In this document: in pieces, positions 9,425 through 19,175 of the stretch | How positions within the stretch are numbered: position 1 is the stretch's first letter | Layout of the letters: each line of letters starts with the position of its first letter | NCBI GenBank assembly: GCA_963765575.1 | Contig: CAVXWZ010000002.1 | Span: 480,001 to 544,000 of the forward strand | Reading direction: 5' to 3' | DNA from: an uncultured cyanobacterium | GTDB taxonomy: Bacteria; Cyanobacteriota; Cyanobacteriia; PCC-6307; Cyanobiaceae | DNA length: 64,000 bases | Notes under the pieces: model-generated | What the model was told of the DNA's origin: nothing | The model's input: the letters and a program-made list of their open reading frames with translations, nothing else | Database searches by the model: none | Position numbers and translations under genes: made by a program

Positions 9425-10456
9425 CTATGGGGACTGCGGCAGTTTTTCCACGGTGAGATCCGCCAGCGGCAGGCCCGCCAGGCGCTCCACCTCGCGGATG
9501 CCGGTGGGGCTGGTCACATTGATCTCACTGAGGCGGCCGTCGATCACGTCGATGCCCACGAAGAACAGACCCTCGGCCCGCAGGGCCGGCGCCAGGGCGC
9601 TGCAGACCTGCAGCTCGGCCTCGCTGAGCTCGGTGGCCTCCGGCCGGCCGCCCACGGCCAGATTGCTGCGGAACTCGCCACCGCTGGGCACCCGGTTCAC
9701 CGCCCCCAGGGGCTCGCCGTTCACCAGCAGGATGCGCTTGTCGCCGGCGCTCACCCCGGGCAGGAAGGCCTGCACCATCACCGGCAGGGTCTGCTGGGCG
9801 GTGACCAGCTCCAGCAGCGCCCCCAGACCCGGCGTGCCCGCCGCGGCGAACACCACCCCCTGGCCGGCCCGACCGCCCAGGGGCTTGAGCACCACCTCGC
9901 GATGTTCGGCGATGAAGGCGGCCAGGGAGTCCCGGTGGCTCGCCACCAGGGTGGGCGCCATCAGGTGGCTCCAGCGCAGGGAGCTGAGCTTTTCGTTCCA
10001 GGCCCGCAGGGCGGCCGGGCGGTTGATCACCCGCACGCCCTGGCGCTCGGCCAACTCCAGCAGGTGGGTGGCATAGAGGTAGGCCTCATCCACGGGCGGG
10101 TCCTTGCGCATCCACACGTGGGCGAAGGCCGTGAGCGGCAGCAGCTGGGCCTCGCCCAGGGTGGGCCAGGGCTCGGTGACCAGCGGCCGCACCCAGGCCC
10201 AGGCGCTGTGGCCCAAGCGCGTGGCCCCGGCACCGGGGCCGGGGTCGGGGGTGGCGGGGCCGCAGGCCATCAGTGCAGCTGGGGTGGCGACCCACACGGG
10301 CCGGCCGGCCCGCTCGGCCGCCTGCATCAGGGCCACGCTGGAATCCTTGGCGGGATTGAGGCGCTCGATCGGATCGATCACAAACAGCTGGGCGCCAGGG
10401 CCCGCAGCGATTGCCGCAGCGCCGCCCGCATCGTTCGCCGCCGGGGCGTTGGCCAT
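9425..10456 (-). CDS. gshB: Glutathione synthase
   Basis: [33 protein letters not shown] and EINVTSPTG motifs. Confidence 0.96.
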   Translation of the reverse strand: MANAPAANDAGGAAAIAAGPGAQLFVIDPIERLNPAKDSSVALMQAAERAGRPVWVATPAALMACGPATPDPGPGAGATRLGHSAWAWVRPLVTEPWPTLGEAQLLPLTAFAHVWMRKDPPVDEAYLYATHLLELAERQGVRVINRPAALRAWNEKLSSLRWSHLMAPTLVASHRDSLAAFIAEHREVVLKPLGGRAGQGVVFAAAGTPGLGALLELVTAQQTLPVMVQAFLPGVSAGDKRILLVNGEPLGAVNRVPSGGEFRSNLAVGGRPEATELSEAELQVCSALAPALRAEGLFFVGIDVIDGRLSEINVTSPTGIREVERLAGLPLADLTVEKLPQSP

Positions 10457-10459
10457 GGC

Positions 10460-10720
10460 TCAGACCGCCAGCAGGGCGTCGAGCCGGCCGCTGCGCTCCA
10501 GGGCGTGCAGCTCATCGCAACCGCCGATGCCGTCGTCGTCGATGAAGATCTGGGGCAGGCTGCTGCGCCCATCGGCCCGCGCGCTCATCAGCGCCCTGGC
10601 CTCGCGGTCACCATCGATGGCGTACTCGCTGTAGGCCACTCCCTTGCGATCCAGCAGCGCCTTGGCGCGGACGCAGAAGGGACAAAACCGCCAGGTGTAG
10701 ATCTCGACCGTCGCCGCCAT
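10460..10720 (-). CDS. grxC: Glutaredoxin 3
   Basis: CPFC active site, SLPQIFI and GGCDEL. Confidence 0.95.
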   Translation of the reverse strand: MAATVEIYTWRFCPFCVRAKALLDRKGVAYSEYAIDGDREARALMSARADGRSSLPQIFIDDDGIGGCDELHALERSGRLDALLAV

Positions 10721-10885
10721 CAGGGCCGTTCCGCAGGTGGCCGGATCCTAGAAGTGAGCCGTTGGGCCGGGGGCTGGACGGCCGCCGCTGCCGCCGCCAT
10801 TGAGTACGGTCGAATTACGCATCGTTTCTCCACCGTGACCGCCACCGCCGCCACCGGAGCCGGCGCCATCGGCGCCGCCGTCCCG

Positions 10886-12011
10886 TTGTTCGACCTCAGC
10901 GACTTCAAGCGCGACCTCTCCGAGCTCACCGACCGCCTGGGCCAAGCCCAGGACTGTCTTTGACGAAGCTGCCCTGACAGCCCGCCAGCAGGACCTGGAG
11001 CAACTGGCCTCCCAGCCCGATTTCTGGGATGACCCGAAGCAAGCCCAGGCGCGCATGCGCCAGCTCGATGAGGTCAAGGCCCAGCTGGAGCAGCTGGCCC
11101 GCTGGCGCTCGGTCGTGGGCGACGCCGAGGCCACGCTGGAGCTCTACGAGCTGGAGCCCGACGCCGACCTGCTGGCGGAGGCCGACCGGGGCCTGCAGGG
11201 CCTGCGCAGTGAGCTCGACCGCTGGGAGCTGGAGCGCCTGCTCTCGGGCCCCTACGACAAGGAGGGCGCCGTGATCAGCATCAACGCCGGCGCCGGCGGC
11301 ACCGATGCCCAGGACTGGGCCCAGATGCTGCTGCGCATGTACACCCGCTGGGCCGAAGACCACGGCATGAAGGTGAGCGTGGATGAACTCAGCGAGGGGG
11401 AGGAAGCGGGTATCAAGAGCTGCACGATCGAGATCGACGGGCGCTACGCCTACGGCTACCTGCGCAATGAGAAGGGCACCCACCGGCTGGTGCGCATCTC
11501 GCCGTTCAACGCCAACGACAAGCGCCAGACCAGCTTCGCCGGGGTGGAGGTGATGCCCAAGATTGAGCAGGAGGTGAAGCTCGACATCCCCGACAAGGAT
11601 CTGGAGATCACCACCTCGCGCTCCGGCGGCGCCGGCGGCCAGAACGTCAACAAGGTGGAAACGGCGGTGCGCATCCTGCACATCCCCACCGGCCTGTTCG
11701 TGCGCTGCACCCAGGAGCGCTCCCAGCTGCAGAACAAGGAGAAGGCCATGGCGCTGCTGATGGCCAAGCTGCTGGTGATCGCCCAGGAGCAGCGCGCCTC
11801 CGAGATCGCCGACATCCGCGGCGACATGGTGGAGGCGGCCTGGGGCAACCAGATCCGCAACTATGTGGTTCACCCGTATCAGATGGTGAAAGATCTGCGC
11901 ACCCAGCACGAAACCACCGACGTGCAAGGCGTGATGGATGGCGACCTCGATCCCTTCATCCAGAGCCTGCTGCACGCGGGCGTGGAGATGGCCGGTGGCG
12001 GCGATGACTGA
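10886..12011 (+). CDS. prfB: Peptide chain release factor 2 with programmed +1 ribosomal frameshift
   Basis: A 25-codon ORF1 ends in CTT TGA C at 10958-10964. ORF2 carries the SPF and GGQ motifs. Confidence 0.96.
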
Positions 12012-12165
12012 TCAGGAGAAGCCCAGCTTCGTGAAGCTGGCGATGCGCAACATGGTGCGCAAGGGCCGCCAGAGCCTGTTGCACTTCGGGCTCACCGCCG
12101 CAGGGCTGATGGCTTTCCTGGTGCTGCTGGCCTGGCTGGGCCGGCCCCAGGTGCCCGGGGGCTGA
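12004..12165 (+). CDS. DUF3285-like small membrane protein
   Basis: [15 protein letters not shown] motif, a conserved cyanobacterial neighbour of prfB and ybeY. Confidence 0.8.
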   Translation: MTDQEKPSFVKLAMRNMVRKGRQSLLHFGLTAAGLMAFLVLLAWLGRPQVPGG

Positions 12166-12166
12166 G

Positions 12167-12742
12167 GTGGCCGCCGCCATCGAGATCGACCTGGCCTTCA
12201 CGGCCGAGGCCGACTGGGCAGCAGCGCTGCAAGCCGAAGCCGGTACCTGGCTCGATCCCCACAACGGCACCGGGCCCTGGCAGCGGCTGCTGGGGAGCTG
12301 GCTGCAGCAGCTGAGCGCCGAGCTGCCGGCCCACCTGCGCGCACCGGCCTACAGCCTCGGGCTCAGCCTGGTGGACGACACCGCCATCGCCGCGCTCAAC
12401 GCCGAGTGGCGCCACCAGAGCGGCCCCACCGATGTGCTCGCCTTCGCCGCCCGCGACGCGGGCCTGGACGGGACACCAGCCCTGCCCCCACCCCAGAGCC
12501 CCCCCGGCTGGGCCGAAGCGGAAGCCCTGGAACTGGGCGACATCGTCATTTCCGTGGACACGGCCGCCCGCCAGGCCGGCGACCATGGCCACGGCCTGCT
12601 GCGGGAGCTGCACTTCCTCGCCAGCCACGGCCTGCTGCATCTGCTCGGCTGGGACCACCCCGACCCGGCCAGCCTGGAGGCGATGCTGGCGCGGCAGGAG
12701 CGTTTGCTGACCCCCCCTGGTCAGCCCGGATGGCAGCGGTAG
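12167..12742 (+). CDS. ybeY: rRNA maturation endoribonuclease YbeY
   Basis: PTDVLAF, LGDIVIS and HGLLHLLGWDH motifs. Confidence 0.95.
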   Translation: MAAAIEIDLAFTAEADWAAALQAEAGTWLDPHNGTGPWQRLLGSWLQQLSAELPAHLRAPAYSLGLSLVDDTAIAALNAEWRHQSGPTDVLAFAARDAGLDGTPALPPPQSPPGWAEAEALELGDIVISVDTAARQAGDHGHGLLRELHFLASHGLLHLLGWDHPDPASLEAMLARQERLLTPPGQPGWQR

Positions 12743-12752
12743 GGTTCGACCG

Positions 12753-13259
12753 GTGCCCGTGGGGAATGTGCTGCCTCTGCCCCTGCCTCCTCCAGACCGC
12801 CAGGCCGCCGGCGAGCGCAGCGCCGGTCCCAAGGCCGTGGCACCGATGCTGAGGCGCCGCGGGCGCACGGCGCGGCTGGGGTCCTGGACCGTGGCCAGCG
12901 ACCTGCCCGCCAGCTTCCGCTACGCCGCCCAGGGGCTGGCCTACGGCTTCCGCAGCCAGCGCAATTTCCGCATTCATGTGCTCACCGGGGTGGCGGTGTT
13001 CGGCCTGGGGCTGTGGCTGCAGCTGCCGCCGCCCCAGCTGGCCGTGCTGGTGCTCACCGTGGCGGCGGTGCTGGTGCTGGAGCTGATCAACACCGCCACC
13101 GAAGCCGTGGTGGACCTGGCCATCGGCCGCCAGTTCCACCCCCTGGCCCGTGTGGCCAAGGACTGCGCCGCCGCCGCCGTGCTGGTGGGAGCCCTGGCCT
13201 CGTTGCTGATCGCCGTGCTGCTGCTGGCACCGCCGCTGCTGGTGCGCCTCGGCCTTTGA
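12753..13259 (+). CDS. dgkA: Diacylglycerol/undecaprenol kinase (start uncertain)
   Basis: SFRYA...QRNFRIH, ELINTATEAVVDL and AKDCAAAAV motifs. Confidence 0.9.
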   Translation: MPVGNVLPLPLPPPDRQAAGERSAGPKAVAPMLRRRGRTARLGSWTVASDLPASFRYAAQGLAYGFRSQRNFRIHVLTGVAVFGLGLWLQLPPPQLAVLVLTVAAVLVLELINTATEAVVDLAIGRQFHPLARVAKDCAAAAVLVGALASLLIAVLLLAPPLLVRLGL

Positions 13260-13306
13260 ATGGGGTCACACACGCGGCGCCGATCCGGCGTTGAGGGAGG
13301 GGGCCG

Positions 13307-13900
13307 ATGCTGTTGGTGCTCGACAACTACGACAGCTTCACCTTCAACCTGGTGCAGTACCTCGGGGAGCTGGCCGCCGAGCACCCGCTGGCGGCGGAGC
13401 TGCGGGTGGAGCGCAACGACGCCCTGAGCCTGGAGCAGATCCGGGAGCTGCAGCCGGCGGCGATCGTGATCTCTCCCGGTCCCGGCGACCCCGACCAGTC
13501 GGGGGTGTGCCTGCAGGTGCTGCGCGAGCTCAGCCCCACGGTGCCCACCCTGGGGGTGTGCCTGGGGCACCAGGCCATCGCCCAGGTGTACGGGGGGCGG
13601 GTGGTGCGGGCCCCGGAGCTGATGCACGGCAAGACCTCGCCCGTGCTGCATGGCGATGCCGGGGTGTTCGCCGGGCTGCCCAATCCGCTCACCGCCACCC
13701 GCTACCACAGCCTGATCGCCGAGCGGGCCTCGCTGCCCGAGGCCCTGGAGATCACCGCCTGGCTGGAGGACGGCACGATCATGGGTCTGCGTCACCGCAC
13801 CTTCCCCCACATCGAGGGGGTGCAGTTCCACCCCGAGAGCGTGCTCACCGAAGCGGGCCATGGCCTGCTGGCCAACTTCCTGCGCCAGGCCGCCGGCTGA
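13307..13900 (+). CDS. trpG: Anthranilate/aminodeoxychorismate synthase component II (glutamine amidotransferase)
   Basis: DNYDSFT, SPGPG, GVCLGHQ, RYHSL and QFHPES motifs. Confidence 0.92.
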   Translation: MLLVLDNYDSFTFNLVQYLGELAAEHPLAAELRVERNDALSLEQIRELQPAAIVISPGPGDPDQSGVCLQVLRELSPTVPTLGVCLGHQAIAQVYGGRVVRAPELMHGKTSPVLHGDAGVFAGLPNPLTATRYHSLIAERASLPEALEITAWLEDGTIMGLRHRTFPHIEGVQFHPESVLTEAGHGLLANFLRQAAG

Positions 13901-13984
13901 ACCGCGGGCAGCCCGTTGAGCGTCCCCGGCTGCAGGGTTGGCCCCGGCAACTGCGGTAGCGTCGCGCCCTCCCAGGCTGCCCGG

Positions 13985-14713
13985 ATGCGACTGCTGCCCA
14001 CCCTTGCCGCCGCCGCCATGGTCCTGCCGGCCGCGGCCCTGCCCCTGGCGCTACCGGCGGCCGCAGTGGCCAGCGTGTCGATCACCAGCTATGGCCACAG
14101 CGCCCTGCTGATCCAGGGCGGCGGTGCCCGGGTGCTGCTCAATCCCTTCCGGGCGGTGGGCTGCGCCGCGGGCCTGAGCGAGCCGCGGGTGAGCGCCACC
14201 GCGATCCTGGCCAGCAGCCGGCTGCTGGATGAGGGGGCGCCGGTGGCCTCCGGACGCTTCCTGGCTGATCCCGGCACCTTCCAGGTGGGCGGTCTGCGCA
14301 TCGAGGGCATCGGCTCGGCCCGCGACCGGCTGGGCGGCCGGCGCTTCGGCCAGGCCACCCTCTGGCGCTGGCAGCAGGGCGGCCTCAGCTTCGTGCACAT
14401 GGGCGGCACCGCCGGCCCCCTCACCGCGTCCGACCGGGTGATGCTGAGCCGCCCCGATGTGCTCGTCATCGGTGTCGGTGGCGGCGCCAAGGTGTACGAC
14501 GGCGCCGAGGCGGCCGAAGTGGTGCGGGAGCTGCGGCCGCGGGTGGTGATTCCGGTGCAGTACGTGAATGGCGCCGTGCCGGCCAACTGCGATCAGGGCA
14601 GTGTGGAGCCCTTCCTGCAGGCCCTCAGCGGCACCCCGGTGCAGCGCAGCGGCCGCACCCTCAACCTGGGAACCAGCCTGGGCGAAGGCCCCGTGATCAA
14701 GGTGATGCGCTGA
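13985..14713 (+). CDS. Exported MBL-fold (Zn-dependent hydrolase-like) protein
   Basis: Signal-peptide-like N-terminus, YGHSALLI, PDVLVIGVGGG and LRPRVVIP; conserved picocyanobacterial neighbour of trpG. Confidence 0.8.
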   Translation: MRLLPTLAAAAMVLPAAALPLALPAAAVASVSITSYGHSALLIQGGGARVLLNPFRAVGCAAGLSEPRVSATAILASSRLLDEGAPVASGRFLADPGTFQVGGLRIEGIGSARDRLGGRRFGQATLWRWQQGGLSFVHMGGTAGPLTASDRVMLSRPDVLVIGVGGGAKVYDGAEAAEVVRELRPRVVIPVQYVNGAVPANCDQGSVEPFLQALSGTPVQRSGRTLNLGTSLGEGPVIKVMR

Positions 14714-15015
14714 TCGATCCTCCCAAGGGCCGCCGCCCGCAGGCTGGCGCCATGGGGGTGGGCTGAGCATTCATCAGGTCTTCTTGGCTGTTGGCGTGCC
14801 TAGAGGGGCCTTGCCTGGATTGATGGCGGCCCCTGAAGGCCAGTTGGCGCTGTCTCAGCCTTTTGCACAGCAGCCTGCGCCCAAGAACCGCCCACAGGGC
14901 GCTGACTCATGAGTGATCCTGATGACTCATGCGTCTAGGGCCTGGATTCTGGCGCCTCCGGATTTGTGTCCTTCTGCAGATCGTGGTAGGGGTGAAGGAG
15001 TTCGCAACAGTTGTT

Positions 15016-15549
15016 ATGACAAACCCATTGATGTCGCCAGTGATGTCGCCAGTGATGTCGCCAACGATGTCGCCAATGTCATCCCAGGCGCCCACCATCT
15101 CCACAGGGGAATCCCACGGCAACAACGTGGAAGCGCTGAAGCGGGTGCTGGCTGACACCTACGTGCTCTACAGCAAGACCCATGGCTTCCACTGGAATGT
15201 GACAGGCCCCCTGTTCACCTCGCTCCATGCCTTGTTCATGGAGCAGTACATCGAACTGTTCGAAGCCATGGATGTGCTGGCCGAGCGCATCCGTGTGCTC
15301 AAGGTTGCAGCGCCCTTCGGTCCGGCGGCGCTCTCCAAACTCTCTGGTCTCACTGACGCCAGCGGCAACCTGGAGGCCATGGCCATGGTGCGGGAGCTGG
15401 AGGCAGACCATCGAGGCCTCGCTTCACGTTGCCAGCAGGCCCTGGAACTGGCCCACGACGCATCGGATGAAGGCAGCGCCGACTTGTTGACCCAGCGGCT
15501 GCGACTGCATGAAAAAACAGCCTGGAAGCTCGCCAGTATTTCGCAATAA
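15016..15549 (+). CDS. dps: Dps family DNA-protection/ferritin-like protein
   Basis: KTHGFHWNVTGP.F..LH..F.EQY and D.LAERI motifs. Confidence 0.92.
   Translation: MTNPLMSPVMSPVMSPTMSPMSSQAPTISTGESHGNNVEALKRVLADTYVLYSKTHGFHWNVTGPLFTSLHALFMEQYIELFEAMDVLAERIRVLKVAAPFGPAALSKLSGLTDASGNLEAMAMVRELEADHRGLASRCQQALELAHDASDEGSADLLTQRLRLHEKTAWKLASISQ
15031..15081 (+). repeat. 12-bp tandem repeat ATGTCGCCAGTG encoding (MSPV)n at the Dps N-terminus
   Basis: Units begin at 15031, 15043, 15055 and 15067, plus a partial copy at 15076. Confidence 0.9.
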
Positions 15550-15956
15550 GCCAACACCACAAGATCGTCCATCTGCACGATCAGGGCGGTCAGCCACCCT
15601 GTATCCGGAGATGTGATGGCAACCCCGCTTGCTCTGCATGGGTGGGGACGGATTCAGACCGGGCCACCAGAACGGCTGACGTCGTTTTGGAGGAAGCCGA
15701 TCACTTCTTTGGTGCCACCGAGGCGAGAGCGATCCAGGCGCGACTGGCGAATCGGTCCTCCGTGCTGGTGGCGGGTATGGCTGCAACGATCCAGTGCTGC
15801 CTGGCTGGTCACCATGGCCTTGAATCGCTCAACAGCCAGGGTCAAGGGATACCCTGTGGCCAAAACGTATTGGCAGCTGTGCTCGATGGCAGCAAGGGGG
15901 CCTGGGCCATGGAGCAACGAACCAACTGACTGTCAACACGAGCGCCGGAACATCCT

Positions 15957-17516
15957 ATGGACCAAGCCATCATTGCCGCCAATGAACCGATTTCCGTGGA
16001 GCTGAAGGCTGGGGAGAGCTACCTGTATTGCACATGTGGACGCTCAAGCGATCAACCGTTCTGCGATGGCTCCCATAGGGGAAGCGGTTTTACGCCCCAG
16101 TCGTTCTCCGTTGACGCAGCAGGGGAGGCCTTGCTCTGCCGATGCAAGCAGACGGATGATGCCCCCTATTGCGACGGAAGCCATGCCCAGGTTCCAGACG
16201 AGCGGGTGGGGCAGACACTGTCCCAGTCGGAATCAACGTCGGGGCAGGACGAGCCTGATCAGGCTCAGATGCCAAAGCCCGAGTCCACGGCTGAGGAACC
16301 ATTTGTCAGCTTGATCCATGAGTTGGCCGAACATGGTCTGGAGCAGATGGGGGCGCACGGCCCGGTTGAGGCGATGGGAGTGCCGCGTAGCCAACTGCCG
16401 AGCTGGGATCAACTGCAGATTTTGGTGGCCCAGCTTGCCCGAACACCCTTGCAGGAGGACGTTCCAGTGGAAACACAGCTGGTGCTGGGGCCGCAGGCTA
16501 CGAAACCTCTGCGCTTAGGGATTCCCCTGTTTGTATCAGACATGAGCTTTGGAGCTCTCTCTGAGGAAGCGAAGATTTCCCTGGCACGGGGTGCCGAAAA
16601 GGCTGGAACCGGCATCTGCTCCGGAGAAGGAGGAATGCTGCCAGAAGAGCAGGCTGAATCCACGAGATATCTGCTTGAATTTGCATCCGCTCAATTCGGC
16701 TACAAGCCGGAGTTGCTTGAGCACGTGCAGGCCTTCCACTTCAAGTGCGGACAGGCAGCGAAGACCGGAGTCGGAGGGCACCTGCCGAGCAAGAAGACAA
16801 CAGCCCGCATCGCCGCGTTGCGTGGCGTCGCCGAGGGTGAGGCGGCCTTCTCTCCTCCAACATTCACTAGTCTGCGCACGGTGGCAGAGTTTCGACGGTT
16901 TGCAGACGAGGTGCGGGAGATCAGCGGGGGGATCCCTGTGGGCTTCAAGATGAGTGCACAGCAGATCGAAGACGATCTGGATTTTGCCCTGAAGGCGGGA
17001 GCCGATTACATCATTCTCGATGGACGGGGTGGCGGCACAGGGGGGTCACCACTGCTGTTTCGTGATCACATCTCCGTTCCCACGATCCCCGCATTGGCGC
17101 GGGCGCGGCGCCATCTCGATCGCAGAGGTGCCAGCGGCCGCGTCACCTTGATCATCACGGGTGGCTTACGCACCCCCGCCGACTTCATCAAGGCACTGGC
17201 CCTGGGAGCTGATGGCATTGCCCTGGCCAATGCGTCCATCCAAGCGATCGGCTGCGTTGGGGCCAGGATCTGCAACACCAACAAATGTCCGGCGGGCATC
17301 GCCACCCAGGATCCAGATCTTCGCCGGAGATTGAACATCGACCATGCAGCCGATCGTTTGGCACGCTTTCTGCAGGCCTCGGTGCACTTGATGCAGGTGA
17401 TGGCGCGTGCCTGTGGCCACACAACTCTGAGTGGTTTCGAGCGTCGCGATCTCACCAGCTGGAATCGGGATCTGGCCAACCTGGCCGGCATCGCCTGGTG
17501 TGGAGCAGGCGGCTGA
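15957..17516 (+). CDS. Two CDGSH [2Fe-2S] domains fused to an FMN-binding glutamate synthase-like domain
   Basis: CTCGRSSDQPFCDGSH and CRCKQTDDAPYCDGSH; MSFGALS, SGEGG, GQAAK.G.GG.LP, DGRGGGTG and CVGARICNTNKCPAG ([3Fe-4S] motif). Confidence 0.9.
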   Translation: MDQAIIAANEPISVELKAGESYLYCTCGRSSDQPFCDGSHRGSGFTPQSFSVDAAGEALLCRCKQTDDAPYCDGSHAQVPDERVGQTLSQSESTSGQDEPDQAQMPKPESTAEEPFVSLIHELAEHGLEQMGAHGPVEAMGVPRSQLPSWDQLQILVAQLARTPLQEDVPVETQLVLGPQATKPLRLGIPLFVSDMSFGALSEEAKISLARGAEKAGTGICSGEGGMLPEEQAESTRYLLEFASAQFGYKPELLEHVQAFHFKCGQAAKTGVGGHLPSKKTTARIAALRGVAEGEAAFSPPTFTSLRTVAEFRRFADEVREISGGIPVGFKMSAQQIEDDLDFALKAGADYIILDGRGGGTGGSPLLFRDHISVPTIPALARARRHLDRRGASGRVTLIITGGLRTPADFIKALALGADGIALANASIQAIGCVGARICNTNKCPAGIATQDPDLRRRLNIDHAADRLARFLQASVHLMQVMARACGHTTLSGFERRDLTSWNRDLANLAGIAWCGAGG

Positions 17517-17548
17517 CGCCGTTGATCACCACCGCTGACAACACCTCA

Positions 17549-18916
17549 TCAGCCAGGGCTGATGTCTTGGCCAAACTGCTGCGGGTGAATGACCCAGCCG
17601 GCTGCCCGCCGGAGCCGCGCCACGTCCTGGGCCAGGCGCAGGGCCTGTTCGCCGTGGTGCAACGCCAGCCTCGCCTGGGCCCTGGCCGCCTCGTGGATCC
17701 CCGCCATCGGCAGCTGGCTGATCAGGCAGAGACCCTTCTGAATCCGGAGGCCAACCTCCAGCGAGGCGGCGCCGTCGCGGCCGATGGCCTGAAAGGCATC
17801 ATCGAAAAGATCCTCGAGGGCCAACTCGTCCATCCAGAGCCGATCGAAACGGATCGGCTCGTCAGGGTCGTCCGGGCGGTGGCAGGAAACATCAACCCAG
17901 CCGGTGAACAGACGCACGAAGGTGCCGATGATGTAGATGGCGGTGCCGGGATCGTTCACGGCCGGCGAGAGGGCCCTGCTGGCAATTTCCGAGAGCGCCA
18001 ACAAGCCGAAGCGGGGATCGTCGTCAAAGGTGCGCCGCTGGCCGACACGAAATGAGGCGAGCAGGCGCTCGCCGGTGCCGGACGGAATGGGATTGGCGCT
18101 GATGACTCGGGCCAACACCCGTTGGGGCGTCACGAAAGCCCCGGGCAAGGTCTCGATCGCCACCTGGAGATCAAGGGATTCAGCATTCTGCTGCAGCTCA
18201 GCCAGGCTGATTGTCTGGAGATAGCCCACGTCCTGGGCATGGATCAACAGGCCACGGGGGTGGTGAGCGGGGGATTGGTTCTGCGACGTGGAGTTGTGGA
18301 CAAGCTCGCTGCTGGCGGGTCGCGTGCGCAGGGTGGGCCGCCGACCGTGTTGCTGCAGGGCCTTGCTGGCAGCCTTTTCAACGCGGTCGATCGTGTTGGT
18401 GACCCGGCCGAGCCGGGCGATGCGGTCGACCCAGGTGACAAAACTGAGAACCACAACAGTTAAGACCGCCACCGTGAACAGGAACAGGGCAAACCGACCA
18501 CTGCGGCCATAGACACCGTTGAGCAGGGCGATCAATCCCACGATCCCAAAGATGAACGCGCCAATGAAGGTTGATAGGGCGTATTGGGAGATATCGTCTG
18601 CCACCACCAAGGCAAAGGCACGGGGTGTGGCCACGGAGGCTGCCGAGGCGTAGGCGGTGAGCATGGAACCAGCGGCAAACACCGCGATCACCAGCATGCT
18701 CGAGGTGATGATCCGCAGCAGCGTCTCAAGGGTGTCGACCGAGATATCAGGCAGGGGCGCCGCTGCCAGCAGAAAATCGGCGAGATCGGCCAAGCCAACC
18801 CCGATCAGCGAGACCAGGCAGAGCAGGAGCGGCCGCACCCAGATTTTCTCGCGCAGGCGGTTGACCGTGAACTCCAGACGATCCCGCAGGGCGGTGGCAA
18901 ACAGGTGGCTTGGCAT
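17549..18916 (-). CDS. DUF2254 family membrane protein
   Basis: N-terminal TM helices; DPRFGL..LSEIASRALSPAVNDPGTA signature. Confidence 0.85.
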   Translation of the reverse strand: MPSHLFATALRDRLEFTVNRLREKIWVRPLLLCLVSLIGVGLADLADFLLAAAPLPDISVDTLETLLRIITSSMLVIAVFAAGSMLTAYASAASVATPRAFALVVADDISQYALSTFIGAFIFGIVGLIALLNGVYGRSGRFALFLFTVAVLTVVVLSFVTWVDRIARLGRVTNTIDRVEKAASKALQQHGRRPTLRTRPASSELVHNSTSQNQSPAHHPRGLLIHAQDVGYLQTISLAELQQNAESLDLQVAIETLPGAFVTPQRVLARVISANPIPSGTGERLLASFRVGQRRTFDDDPRFGLLALSEIASRALSPAVNDPGTAIYIIGTFVRLFTGWVDVSCHRPDDPDEPIRFDRLWMDELALEDLFDDAFQAIGRDGAASLEVGLRIQKGLCLISQLPMAGIHEAARAQARLALHHGEQALRLAQDVARLRRAAGWVIHPQQFGQDISPG

Positions 18917-19175
18917 CGGGGGTCTGCGCTGCGCTGGGGCTTCGCCGAGGGAAATCCCAGCCTATGCAGGTGGGCGGTGACCAACAACACAGACCACAGG
19001 GATGGCAGCGGCCAAAGTCAGGCCTCGATGCCAGGCGTGGTAAATCGCGAGCGTGGTGAATCAATCGTAGCGAAGCTTCAGATTATGCTGGACGATAGCC
19101 AAGAAGGCAGCAGTCTTAGCCGAGACCTTGCAGGAGTTGAAGAGAGGATTCATCCTCAGTGACTGAAGGCTTCTT

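Noticed and set aside
15642..15929. 95-aa ORF between dps and the CDGSH gene containing LEEADHFF
   Set aside because: It faintly resembles an alpha/beta-hydrolase C-terminus, but competing ORFs overlap it and there is no other support. At most it is a remnant.
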